Below the pieces are notes generated by a model that worked only from the letters and a program-made list of their open reading frames with translations, did not search any database and had not been told where the DNA came from. DNA of 64,000 nucleotides, from positions 29,502-93,501 of the forward strand of contig JAYPGZ010000002.1 in assembly GCA_038127095.1 (NCBI GenBank). The letters run 5' to 3'. The stretch is from Candidatus Roizmanbacteria bacterium. GTDB lineage: Bacteria; Patescibacteriota; Microgenomatia; UBA1406; HO2-37-13b. This document shows, piece by piece, positions 55,800 to 64,000 of the stretch. The position numbers were made by a program, and so were the translations under genes. Position 1 is the first letter of the stretch. Each line of letters begins with the position of its first letter.

Positions 55800-57337
55800 T
55801 CAAGTTGGGGAAGAAAAACTCTGCTTAAGAATAACTGTGAAGCAACTCTTCGGTATCCGGGGTCCCAGAAGTCACTGTTCCAGTCGATTAAATGACCATT
55901 AGTAGGAGCTGATTTTTTGTGGGATGGGTTAACTTTTCTATACCCAGAATGCAGAAGCCGATATTGTAATATGTCTTGTTCCAGGCGTGTTAAAAGAGCT
56001 TTCCGGACCGGATTGTTATTGTCGCCTTGAGGTAAATGCACGTATTGATTTAACGTGTCCCTTTGAATTTGTGTGTGCTCATTTCCATGCGAGATCCATG
56101 CTCCATTTAGGAAAAGATACACTTGTTTTGCACCTACTGACTTAAGATTATTTGGTATTTCTTTGAACCGAAGTCCTTCTTCATCTTCCTGCATCCAATA
56201 CTCCAAGAGTTGGGCGATTTTTTTTATTTCAGGAGCTATTTCATACAATCGAGTAAGTATGGCTTCTCGATCTTCTATCGTTACACCAGGTTTGAAAAAT
56301 ATCGCACCGTCATAGTCAGAATTAACTCGGGCATACCCCTTGATTCGTGACCCAAAAACGAGCATAGAAGGATAGAGGGCTTGGGAAAGAATAGGATCAT
56401 CATGGATTTTTTTCATGGCGTCATGTGCGAACGCGAAATCTTTTGCAAGGGTTTCGGGCTTAACGGGTAACGGGTCGGAAAAATCAATTGAATCGTATAG
56501 TGGGGGAATTTGTGCTTCCTTGGCAACATTTGCAAGCCATATTTTTCTGGCTTCACTGACATGTGTGAATTGGGATTCATCATGCATATCTGGACCCAGC
56601 GTAACAAATTTTAGCTTTGTATCAATGGTTGCCGATAATGATTCCCACTCGGAATCGGGGATAAGGCCGGCATGATATGCAACCGTTGCGCCTTCCGCAA
56701 GCGGCTTGAGAATTTCAGGATCTTCTATATTACTAATTAGTAGACTTAGATCTCGCGTATTAATTATGCCTCGTGTAATAATTTCTGGGACAAGATGGCC
56801 AGCTTTGGCTATTCGTTCTGGTTCACCAAGTCCGGGTTCAAAAATATCACCGTTGGTAAAATTTGCACGAGGTTCTATGGTATGTAATTGACGGATCCAA
56901 GCATCGCGGTATGCTCCGGCTAATCGGCGGGCAGAAAGGGTCGGAATGTTTGTTGAGTCTTTTCCCGTCATATCGGGAAGTAGTGCAAATGGTAGATATA
57001 AAATCAATCGCGTGTTGTTTGGATCTTGTTCTATAAAATCGGAAAGCGAATCGTATAGTTTTTCAACGGTTGAAATTTCAGTCACTCCTTCTATAACTGC
57101 TTGGGCAATGTCTTTGTGAGGATCGGGAATTTCAGAAAATACTTGCTTAAGTAAATCATGCAATTTTCGTCGTTGCGCAGCTTGTTCAAGAAGTTTGGGA
57201 TCAGTAAGAATATCAGCTAAATGACTACTCGGCTGCTTGTTTCCAGCAAGAAAAAATTCTACTCCCAGAGGAGATGTAGTACGAGAATGGGTAGTAGCCT
57301 CAACGGCTTCTTGGGTTGTTATAACACGCTCATCCAT
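55796..57337 (-). CDS. hypothetical protein with C-terminal polymerase-beta-type nucleotidyltransferase motif
   Basis: ATG at 57337 (MDERVITTQE...). LVFGSRIKGYARVNSDYDGAIFF matches the GS-x(n)-D-x-D NTase signature at about residue 340 of 513. Its stop overlaps the purA-like stop (shared TTAA). Confidence 0.55.
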   Translation of the reverse strand: MDERVITTQEAVEATTHSRTTSPLGVEFFLAGNKQPSSHLADILTDPKLLEQAAQRRKLHDLLKQVFSEIPDPHKDIAQAVIEGVTEISTVEKLYDSLSDFIEQDPNNTRLILYLPFALLPDMTGKDSTNIPTLSARRLAGAYRDAWIRQLHTIEPRANFTNGDIFEPGLGEPERIAKAGHLVPEIITRGIINTRDLSLLISNIEDPEILKPLAEGATVAYHAGLIPDSEWESLSATIDTKLKFVTLGPDMHDESQFTHVSEARKIWLANVAKEAQIPPLYDSIDFSDPLPVKPETLAKDFAFAHDAMKKIHDDPILSQALYPSMLVFGSRIKGYARVNSDYDGAIFFKPGVTIEDREAILTRLYEIAPEIKKIAQLLEYWMQEDEEGLRFKEIPNNLKSVGAKQVYLFLNGAWISHGNEHTQIQRDTLNQYVHLPQGDNNNPVRKALLTRLEQDILQYRLLHSGYRKVNPSHKKSAPTNGHLIDWNSDFWDPGYRRVASQLFLSRVFLPQLD

Positions 57338-57442
57338 GTAAGTATTATATACTATAAGACATATTATTACAATTGAAAGACTCGATTTTAAGTTTTCGAC
57401 GGATAGCAAATGCCAGTCTTTTTTTTGCGCTAAAATCATTCC

Positions 57443-57991
57443 ATGAAAACCGATATAACGTTCATCACTAGTAACCCATCGAAGGTTGAGTAGGTGAGTA
57501 AATATTTAGGAATTCCAATTAATCACGCAAAAATAGATTTAGTTGAAATTCAATCTCTTGATTTGAATGAAGTTATTGAGCGCAAACTCCGCGAAGCTTA
57601 TTCAAAAGTCCAGGCTCCAATCATGGTCGATGATGCAGCGGTAACAATAACCGCACTGGGCAAACTGCCTGGGCCATTTATTAGGTTTTTTTTAAGCGAA
57701 CTTGGAGCGGAAGGAATTTGCAAACTCATGAAGTCTTTTGATGACAAGTAAATGAAAGGGGAAGTGGGTATTGGAGTATATGATGGAGAAAATATGGAGA
57801 TATTTATTGGATCGATTGATGGAACTATTATTGATGCCCCTAAAGGAACAGGAGGTTTTGGGTGGGACTGTATTGTTGTTCCGAGTGGATATTCCCAGAC
57901 TCGAGCAGAAATGAATGAGACTGATTATGATGCAACGAGTCCTCGAAAGTTTGCACTAGAAAAACTTGAGAAATATTTGAAGTCAAAGTAG
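57443..57991 (+). pseudogene. ITPase/HAM1 (non-canonical purine NTP pyrophosphatase) gene with two in-frame stop codons
   Basis: A single frame reads MKTDITFITSNPSKVE-TAG(57491-93)-VSKYLG...MKSFDDK-TAA(57749-51)-MKGEVGIGVY...GTGGFGWDCIVVPSGYSQTRAEM. Family motifs are present on both sides of each stop and there is no frameshift. Confidence 0.7.
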
Positions 57992-57997
57992 ATCTTC

Positions 57998-59182
57998 TTA
58001 AAACGCAGATTCTTTTCGAACTCCAGGTCGCAGAACTTTGAAAGAGAGTAAAAAGCAAATAAAAACTAGTACAGATCCAGTTAAGAATGTGTACGGAATT
58101 GCAATTGTTGCAACGGCTCCGCCTAAAATTGGTCCAACAATCATTCCAATACTCTGATACGAAGCGTTAAGTCCCATTATTGTTCCTTGTGATTTTTCAT
58201 CCGCTTCTTGTGAAAGAAGTGTTGGTAAAAGTGTTTGTACAATACTGTTCACAAGTCCAAGTGCAATCATTCCGGGTAAGAACAACCATAGGGAACGTGA
58301 AAAAAACATGGTTAAAAATGCTGCGGCAGTAATAAAAATTGACATCGAAAAAGCCTTCTTCATTCCGAATACTTTTGTTACATTTCCCACAACAAATGTT
58401 TGAGAAATAAGTCCAATTACTCCAAAAATCGTGAAGAGCGTTGCGTTTTGTGACGTAGACAGTTTTAGAACATTAGTGGTGAATGGTTGAAAGCCATAAA
58501 TAAGCGCACATGCAAATGCCATAAAGAATATTAGAGAGATAATAAATGTAGTTCCGACATTTGGATCAAACAATGTATGCCACATTTTCTTGAAATCAAA
58601 TAATTTTCCTTTTTTAACTTCACCCATGTGAACATTTGTTTCTGGTAAATAGAGGTAGGTGAGTGAAGCGGCAATTAATGTAATTACACCGGCGACAATA
58701 AATGGTAATGCGTCGCTAGTTCCAACGGTAAACGCTGCAATTGCCGGGCCAAATATAAATCCAAAATTAAAGGCAGCTCCTACAAGACCAAATGCTTTTG
58801 CGCGTTGTTCGGGTTTGGTGGAATCTGAAATTACGGCAAATACAACTGGAATGTTACCAGCAGTAATGCCGTCAAGCGCTCGGGCTAAAAATAGGAACCA
58901 GTAGTTTGGGGCAAATGCCATCATGAAAAAAGATCCGGCTGTTCCAAGAATTGAAATGAGTAGTAATGGACGGCGTCCATATTTATCGGACATACGGCCA
59001 ATTATTGGGGTAGAAATAAATTGACAGATTGAAAAAACGGCAAACAGGAGGCCGTTGTCGAAATCGGAAAGTCCAAACTTTTTAGAATATCCGTATAGAA
59101 CTGGAATGATAATTCCATACCCGAGCATGTTTACCATGGCAACAAGTGCAACGATGAGGGTATTTCTATTCTGCTTAAACAT
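57998..59182 (-). CDS. MFS transporter
   Basis: 394 aa with 12 TM helices and motif A GRMSDKYGRRP. Confidence 0.85.
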   Translation of the reverse strand: MFKQNRNTLIVALVAMVNMLGYGIIIPVLYGYSKKFGLSDFDNGLLFAVFSICQFISTPIIGRMSDKYGRRPLLLISILGTAGSFFMMAFAPNYWFLFLARALDGITAGNIPVVFAVISDSTKPEQRAKAFGLVGAAFNFGFIFGPAIAAFTVGTSDALPFIVAGVITLIAASLTYLYLPETNVHMGEVKKGKLFDFKKMWHTLFDPNVGTTFIISLIFFMAFACALIYGFQPFTTNVLKLSTSQNATLFTIFGVIGLISQTFVVGNVTKVFGMKKAFSMSIFITAAAFLTMFFSRSLWLFLPGMIALGLVNSIVQTLLPTLLSQEADEKSQGTIMGLNASYQSIGMIVGPILGGAVATIAIPYTFLTGSVLVFICFLLSFKVLRPGVRKESAF

Positions 59183-59221
59183 GGCAATTTAGTATAGCAG
59201 GAAAACGTATTGTTTTGTTCA

Positions 59222-59662
59222 TTATAAACGATAGTTTCGAGGGGCCACCATGTATTCTGTCGATCCGTCCGACCTAGTAAGTATGTGTAAAAACATGTCT
59301 TCTTTCTCTCGAGGAGTCCTGCAAATTGTCACCTGCACTTCATCCTGTATTGGGGGCTCGAGCTCATTAGATGTGTCTGGCGAGTCGATAGGAGTGATAA
59401 ATGTGTAGGAGTCAGTAATGTCAAAATCTCCCTCTATTTTCAAAAGACGTAATAACTCTTGATTTGCCCAGTTCAATTCTTGAGGATTTAGTAGTACTTG
59501 ATCATCATTCTCAAGGTCGGCAACAGGACGAGATAATACCACCATTTCAAATAGTTCATAATTGTCTAAGCCATCTTGTATGGTTTGCCTCATCTGTTCT
59601 TGCCATTCTTGAGATGGGCCGGTTTCTTGTGAGTCTATGTTATTTTCTACTCCTATATCCAT
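59222..59662 (-). CDS. hypothetical acidic protein
   Basis: 146-aa ORF immediately downstream of obg (2-nt gap). No family recognised. Confidence 0.45.
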   Translation of the reverse strand: MDIGVENNIDSQETGPSQEWQEQMRQTIQDGLDNYELFEMVVLSRPVADLENDDQVLLNPQELNWANQELLRLLKIEGDFDITDSYTFITPIDSPDTSNELEPPIQDEVQVTICRTPREKEDMFLHILTRSDGSTEYMVAPRNYRL

Positions 59663-59663
59663 A

Positions 59664-60617
59664 TTATTGTTGTATTGCCTGTCTTAATATATTGAGTTGC
59701 GCTTCATCTAAAACAGAGCATGTTAGAATAGGTTTTTTGAGTGATTTTAGTTTTGTAATTTGTTTAGAAATTTCTTTCTCGGTCACCATGTCGGATTTAG
59801 TAAGAACAACTAATTCAGGTTTTTCAAGAAGAGTCTCATCGTACGACTCCAATTCGTGTCGAATAGTTTTATAATCGCGCAAAACATTTTCGCTTTGTGC
59901 ATCAATACAGTGTACTAAAAGTTTTGTTTTGCTTATATGTTTTAAAAAACGTATACCTAATCCTTTTCCTTCATGAGCTCCTTCAATCAGGCCAGGAATG
60001 TCGGCCAAGATAAGGTCGTTCATTTTTCCTAAATTTGGCTCAAGTGTAGTAAATGGATAATTTCCAATTTTTGCATGTGCGTTTGTAAGCGCGTTAAGAA
60101 GACTGCTTTTCCCAGCATTTGGAAGTCCAATAAAACCAATATCGGCAATGAATCGAAGGTTGAGTTGTAGGGTTGTTGATTGTCCAGGTTTTCCAGGTAG
60201 TCCAGATGGGGGAGCTTGATTGCTTGCACTTCGTAATTCAAAATTTCCTTTTCCTCCCATGCCGCCTTTTGCAATTAGTACCTTCTGACCAACTTTTTCG
60301 ATTTCTATTGTTTTATTTGTCTGCAAGTCGATAATGCTAGTGCCAATGGGAATACGGATAATCAGGTCATCTCCGCCTTTTCCTTCACATTTTTTTGCAG
60401 CCCCAGGTTTGCCATCTTCAGCTTCAATTTTTCTTTTTGACTGAAATTGCAACAGAGCACCCAGATCGGAAACTCCTACAAAATATACATCGCCACCTTT
60501 TCCGCCGTTGCCGCCATCGGGTCCTCCACGGGGAATAAATTTTTCGCGGCGGAATGAAGCGGAACCATGTCCGCCGTTTCCTGCATACACATCAATAATG
60601 ACTTCGTCGATTAGCAT
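59664..60617 (-). CDS. obg: GTPase Obg/CgtA
   Basis: Gly-rich Obg fold (GGPDGGNGGKGGDV), G1 GLPNAGKSS, G3 DIPG and G4 TKSD. ATG at 60617 (MLIDEV...). Confidence 0.9.
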   Translation of the reverse strand: MLIDEVIIDVYAGNGGHGSASFRREKFIPRGGPDGGNGGKGGDVYFVGVSDLGALLQFQSKRKIEAEDGKPGAAKKCEGKGGDDLIIRIPIGTSIIDLQTNKTIEIEKVGQKVLIAKGGMGGKGNFELRSASNQAPPSGLPGKPGQSTTLQLNLRFIADIGFIGLPNAGKSSLLNALTNAHAKIGNYPFTTLEPNLGKMNDLILADIPGLIEGAHEGKGLGIRFLKHISKTKLLVHCIDAQSENVLRDYKTIRHELESYDETLLEKPELVVLTKSDMVTEKEISKQITKLKSLKKPILTCSVLDEAQLNILRQAIQQ

Positions 60618-60680
60618 ACGTGTATTATACTCTAATTGTCCTATTAGTCTTGCTCGATGTTCCATTTTGCTCGCATTTCA

Positions 60681-60716
60681 CCCCTTTGGGGACCTCAAAA
60701 GACTTCGCAAAATGAC
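60681..60716. repeat. hairpin plus GTCAT-type unit, possibly related to the 17861-17930 element
   Basis: CCCCTTTGGGG hairpin (60681-91) is followed by GACCTCAAAAGACTTCGCAAAATGAC (60691-716). The reverse complement of that unit starts with GTCATTTTGCGAAG. Confidence 0.3.
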
Positions 60717-60758
60717 ATCATCGCTCGAAAATAGGGCAGTTCAGCTATAATAGAGGCT

Positions 60759-61310
60759 ATGCTTTCTGAAAAGGATTCTGTATTAATCTCACGACTTCTA
60801 GCTCGCGACGCACGTGCGCTTAAGAGTTTTTATACCCTACACAAGTCTTCGTTGCTGTCATTTATTCAAAAGACAATTGTCGACAGTGAAGAGTCCGAAG
60901 AAATTTTACAAGATACATTCTTGGATTTTATTGAGGGATTGCGCGATTTTCGTGGTCAATCTAGTTTGAAAACATATCTGTATTCCATATCAAAAAATAA
61001 AATCATCGACAAACTGCGACGAAAAAAAATTCGAAAGGTGTTCTTTTCTCATATTCCATCGTTTATTATTGATTCGTTTGCAACTGTGTTGTTTGATGAT
61101 CAACTCGATAAAGATTACGTATTAAAAAAAATCAACTCAGTTTTGGCAAATCTTCCGCATGATTATGAACGTGTGTTACGACTAAAGTATATAGATGGTC
61201 GATCGGTGAAAGAAATTGCGGCGCATACTCATTTACCATTTAAAACAACAGAAAGTTTGCTATTTCGAGCCCGAAAAGCATTTATACATTCATACGAGTC
61301 TTATGACTGA
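60759..61310 (+). CDS. ECF-type sigma-70 family RNA polymerase sigma factor
   Basis: Region 2 (EEILQDTFLDFIEGLRDF) and region 4 HTH (DGRSVKEIAAHTHLPFKTTESLLFRARKAF). Confidence 0.8.
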   Translation: MLSEKDSVLISRLLARDARALKSFYTLHKSSLLSFIQKTIVDSEESEEILQDTFLDFIEGLRDFRGQSSLKTYLYSISKNKIIDKLRRKKIRKVFFSHIPSFIIDSFATVLFDDQLDKDYVLKKINSVLANLPHDYERVLRLKYIDGRSVKEIAAHTHLPFKTTESLLFRARKAFIHSYESYD

Positions 61311-61551
61311 TTCAACTTTTCGACTATTGCAGAACAAGCTACATGAAACATATGAATTGCAACCAAATCGGTTTAAGGTGGCTTTTGTAGATTCTGTGTT
61401 TACTACTGTTGCTAAACAGTTAAAAACATTTCCGTTTAAGTGGTATGTGCCTGCAGCAATGGTTTTTGCCCTGTTTTGCTGGATAGTGTCGAAGGTGGTG
61501 CATGTTGGACTGCTAACGCGACTCGCAAGTATTTTACAATATGGATTCTAA
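61303..61551 (+). CDS. putative anti-sigma factor / small membrane protein
   Basis: The ATG at 61303 overlaps the sigma stop (ATGACTGA). 82 aa with one TM helix. Assigned by position only. Confidence 0.4.
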   Translation: MTDSTFRLLQNKLHETYELQPNRFKVAFVDSVFTTVAKQLKTFPFKWYVPAAMVFALFCWIVSKVVHVGLLTRLASILQYGF

Positions 61552-62146
61552 AACTCATTTACTTACGCAAATTATTGCTGTTTTGGTGCTTGTACTTAAT
61601 AATTTTTCAGGTCTTATTTTTTCGCCGTATAAAGTTATGCGAAAAATTTCTCGAGTTTTTGATTATAAACAGATTGTCGCAATATTCATATTAGTGTTTT
61701 TATATTTTCTTTCTGTTGGGCTTATATTTGGCCATAGCATAGCGAATTTTATATTCTTTTTAGTTTCTTTTTTTGCAACGGTAATATTTTTTTATATAAG
61801 TGGACGATTGTATAAGTATCAGGTCTCTATTTTGTCATTGGTAGCAACGTGGTGTTATAGTTTGTTTCCAACAGTACTTTGGTTTAGTATAACTGCTGTA
61901 CTATTTATACTGTTTCCACCTCCTCGTACCCAGTCTTTTCTGGGAACTTTATTAAGTTTAGTGTTTATTGGAATTTCCGTAGTGCTTTTATTGTGGAAGA
62001 TTACGCTCGTTTATTTAGCCGTTCGATTTAGCGTAAAGTCGAGCGCATTAATGACTGCTTTTTTAATGATTTTGTACGGAATGTGGTTTCTGCCATATAC
62101 ATACGCTCTCTATCTTTTCTCAATTTCAAGAGTGCCTTTTATATAG
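61541..62146 (+). CDS. hypothetical polytopic membrane protein
   Basis: 201 aa with five hydrophobic helices. It overlaps the upstream gene by 11 nt. Confidence 0.5.
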   Translation: MDSKTHLLTQIIAVLVLVLNNFSGLIFSPYKVMRKISRVFDYKQIVAIFILVFLYFLSVGLIFGHSIANFIFFLVSFFATVIFFYISGRLYKYQVSILSLVATWCYSLFPTVLWFSITAVLFILFPPPRTQSFLGTLLSLVFIGISVVLLLWKITLVYLAVRFSVKSSALMTAFLMILYGMWFLPYTYALYLFSISRVPFI

Positions 62147-62546
62147 GGCCGGGTCCTCGTCGAGAAGGTGGTTTTGTGGGCGCAGCAACGTCTTGAAGCG
62201 TTGGCAAGGTGAAAGAAAAACCTTTGTCAAATCGGATAATTCCGAATAAGTTACCAACTATGTATGTAAATACGGTTAATGAAGCAACAACAATTAAAAG
62301 TCCTAAAGCAGCATTGGTCATCTTATCTTTTGCTTTATCTAATTTTTCTCTTTCTCCGCTGGATTGAATCCAATCGTATCCTCCCCACAGTAAATAAAGT
62401 AAAAAAACAAAGGAAGTTACCAGAAGAAATAGCTGAATCCCTACCGTGAGCAAATTGCCCAGTCCAGCAACCGGAGCCGTATTGTACAATCCGGGCGGAG
62501 GTGTTACTTTGCCAAATAAATTATCAATGTTTTGCGCAAGTATCAT
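62139..62546 (-). CDS. T4SS-pilin-like (TrbC/VirB2-like) small membrane protein
   Basis: ATG at 62546 (MILAQNIDN...). Two TM helices flank WGGYDWIQSSGEREKLDKAKDKMTNA. ATGA overlap with the upstream paralogue. Confidence 0.55.
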   Translation of the reverse strand: MILAQNIDNLFGKVTPPPGLYNTAPVAGLGNLLTVGIQLFLLVTSFVFLLYLLWGGYDWIQSSGEREKLDKAKDKMTNAALGLLIVVASLTVFTYIVGNLFGIIRFDKGFSFTLPTLQDVAAPTKPPSRRGPGPI

Positions 62547-62839
62547 AATGGAATTGCTACATTTGTAATAAATCCAACTAGCTTTGTCAAGAAAAAGCTT
62601 ACCGCAATAAATCCGAATCCTACAATGGCCCAAAATAGCAAATCTTTAATTTTTGCAAATTCTTCACTGCTATTTCCAGCTTGGACCATCTTAATGCCAC
62701 CGAAAAATAACATCGCGAGCAGCGTAATTGATGCAACGATAAGTATTAACGGTATCGCTACATTTAATAGAGAAGAAAACGATACGAGGCGAGCAGGGGC
62801 AAACGTATCTTGATTAATGTCAATTGCATAGACGTTCAT
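62543..62839 (-). CDS. T4SS-pilin-like (TrbC/VirB2-like) small membrane protein
   Basis: ATG at 62839 (MNVYAIDIN...). Same two-TM architecture with FFGGIKMVQAGNSSEEFAKIKD between the helices. Confidence 0.55.
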   Translation of the reverse strand: MNVYAIDINQDTFAPARLVSFSSLLNVAIPLILIVASITLLAMLFFGGIKMVQAGNSSEEFAKIKDLLFWAIVGFGFIAVSFFLTKLVGFITNVAIPL

Positions 62840-62891
62840 TGTATTGAGTCTAATATAAATGATTTTCACTGTCAACTACGACTAAAATAAT

Positions 62892-63572
62892 ATGGACAAT
62901 CTACCAAAACATGTCGCAATTATTTGTGATGGAAACAGACGGTGGGCACGATCTCGAAATCTTCCGGTTAATGCTGGACATATATATTCTGCCGAACACG
63001 TTTTCTTTTCGCTGGTAGAAGAGGCGGCTAAGTTGCAAATTCCATATATTACCTTCTGGGTTTTATCGACTGAAAATGAAAAGAAAAGGAGTAAGGCCGA
63101 AATGGCAGTTTTATTTCAGCTCATGAAACTTCACTTTAAGAAAGACTTGCCAAAGATTATGAAAAAAAACGTGCGGGTAAGATTTATTGGAAATATTGAT
63201 GGGTTACCGACTGACTTACAAAGTATTGTCCAAGATATGGAACAAGAAACAAAGGGGAATACTGCAATAACCGCAACATTTGCATTAAATTATGGAGGTC
63301 GCGATGAAATTCTTCGAGCCATAAAGAAAGCAGGACCAAATCAACTTAAAACAGAAGCTGATTTTTCTAATGTGCTTGATACATCTCAACTACCGGATCC
63401 TGATATTATTATCAGAACAGGCGGTGAACACAGACTTTCAGGATTTATGCCGTGGCAAGCTGTCTATAGCGAATTATTTTTTGTAGACACGCTGTTTCCT
63501 GAGTTTTCTAATATAGAGCTTAAAAAAATAATCGACGCGTTCGTTACTCGAGAGCGGAGATTTGGCAAATAA
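62892..63572 (+). CDS. uppS: isoprenyl transferase (undecaprenyl-diphosphate synthase)
   Basis: HVAIICDGNRRWA and IIRTGGEHRLSGFMPWQ motifs. Confidence 0.9.
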   Translation: MDNLPKHVAIICDGNRRWARSRNLPVNAGHIYSAEHVFFSLVEEAAKLQIPYITFWVLSTENEKKRSKAEMAVLFQLMKLHFKKDLPKIMKKNVRVRFIGNIDGLPTDLQSIVQDMEQETKGNTAITATFALNYGGRDEILRAIKKAGPNQLKTEADFSNVLDTSQLPDPDIIIRTGGEHRLSGFMPWQAVYSELFFVDTLFPEFSNIELKKIIDAFVTRERRFGK

Positions 63573-63626
63573 TTACGATGAATTCTATTGCTATGTAGTC
63601 TGCGGTTGGCTTATAATGGTGGGATA

Positions 63627-64000
63627 ATGTTCAATCCTTCGTATAAAATTACAAACTCAATTCTTAAGAATATTGGTTCGATTGAAGCGGCTCGAGAAGT
63701 TGTTTCTGGTGCACCACTTTTGCCGTTATGGGAAAAACGATTTCGAGAAGATGCCATTATTCGGCAAGCACATCATGGTACGCATATCGAAGGAAATAAG
63801 TTGAATTTGTCTGAAGCAAAAGATGTTTTACTAGGTCGTGATGTGTTGGGGCATGCGCGCGATGTTCAGGAAGTCATTAATTATCGGCGCGTTTTGGAAG
63901 TCATTGAAGATGAAACAGATAGAGAAGTTGAACGGGTGAATGAGGCGCTCATTAAAAAACTTCATCGCGTGGTTGTGAATAAAATTCTTCCCGATGAACA
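63627..64000 (+). CDS. Fic family protein (partial; continues past window end)
   Basis: ATG at 63627, open to the window end. N-terminal Fic_N-like block (IRQAHHGTHIEGNKLNLSEA). The catalytic motif would lie outside the window. Confidence 0.6.
   Translation, partial: MFNPSYKITNSILKNIGSIEAAREVVSGAPLLPLWEKRFREDAIIRQAHHGTHIEGNKLNLSEAKDVLLGRDVLGHARDVQEVINYRRVLEVIEDETDREVERVNEALIKKLHRVVVNKILPDE

Noticed and set aside
57443-57991. An alternative genetic code as the explanation for the in-frame TAG/TAA in the ITPase gene.
   Set aside because: All three stops terminate well-conserved genes at the expected ends: TAA for secD and era, TGA for secF and tkt, TAG for gltX. No other conserved gene in the window needs stop-codon reassignment.
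1-64000. Search for CRISPR arrays, rRNA genes, integrases/transposases and reverse transcriptases.
   Set aside because: I saw no regularly spaced direct repeats, no rRNA-like conserved blocks, and no ORFs with tyrosine or serine recombinase, DDE or RT motifs on either strand.

Overview
The window is a gene-dense, low-GC bacterial chromosome segment; hand-counted 60-nt lines in ordinary genes are around 35-40% G+C. Gene content suggests a Patescibacteria/CPR-type genome (inference): DUF4012, T4SS-pilin-like small membrane proteins, a compact archaeal-type AspRS, MurT/GatD, many DUF proteins and convergent genes with overlapping 3' ends. I support about 80 CDS and two tRNA-Gln genes (UUG and CUG). 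I found no rRNA, CRISPR array, integrase or transposase. Recognisable housekeeping genes include secD/secF, recJ, aspS, gltX, era, msrA/msrB, murT/gatD, tkt, ychF, obg and uppS. The stand-out locus is 51.4-58.0 kb, between ychF and an MFS transporter. It starts with a near-consensus promoter and a roughly 300-nt leader. Two ORFs follow in an abrupt high-GC island (single lines up to 44/60 G+C against 13-23/60 in the flanks). One ORF has a vWA/MIDAS-like motif pattern and the other matches no family I recognise. Next come a long imperfect hairpin and a complete type III hammerhead ribozyme motif (54319-54369) that overlaps the SD and AUG of a divergent adenylosuccinate-synthetase-like gene. A convergent protein with a polymerase-beta-type nucleotidyltransferase motif and an ITPase/HAM1 gene with two in-frame stops complete the locus. 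Its function is unknown, and an assembly chimera must be excluded. Other items worth a second look: a GIY-YIG gene lying between a truncated tRNA-Gln 5' copy and the intact tRNA-Gln, a promoter plus terminator-shaped leader abutting an orphan gene, a Doc toxin with an unlisted 44-codon upstream ORF, an OmpR-type regulator lacking the phospho-acceptor Asp, and REP-like palindromic units. All coordinates, motifs and pairings were read by eye; no searches were run.
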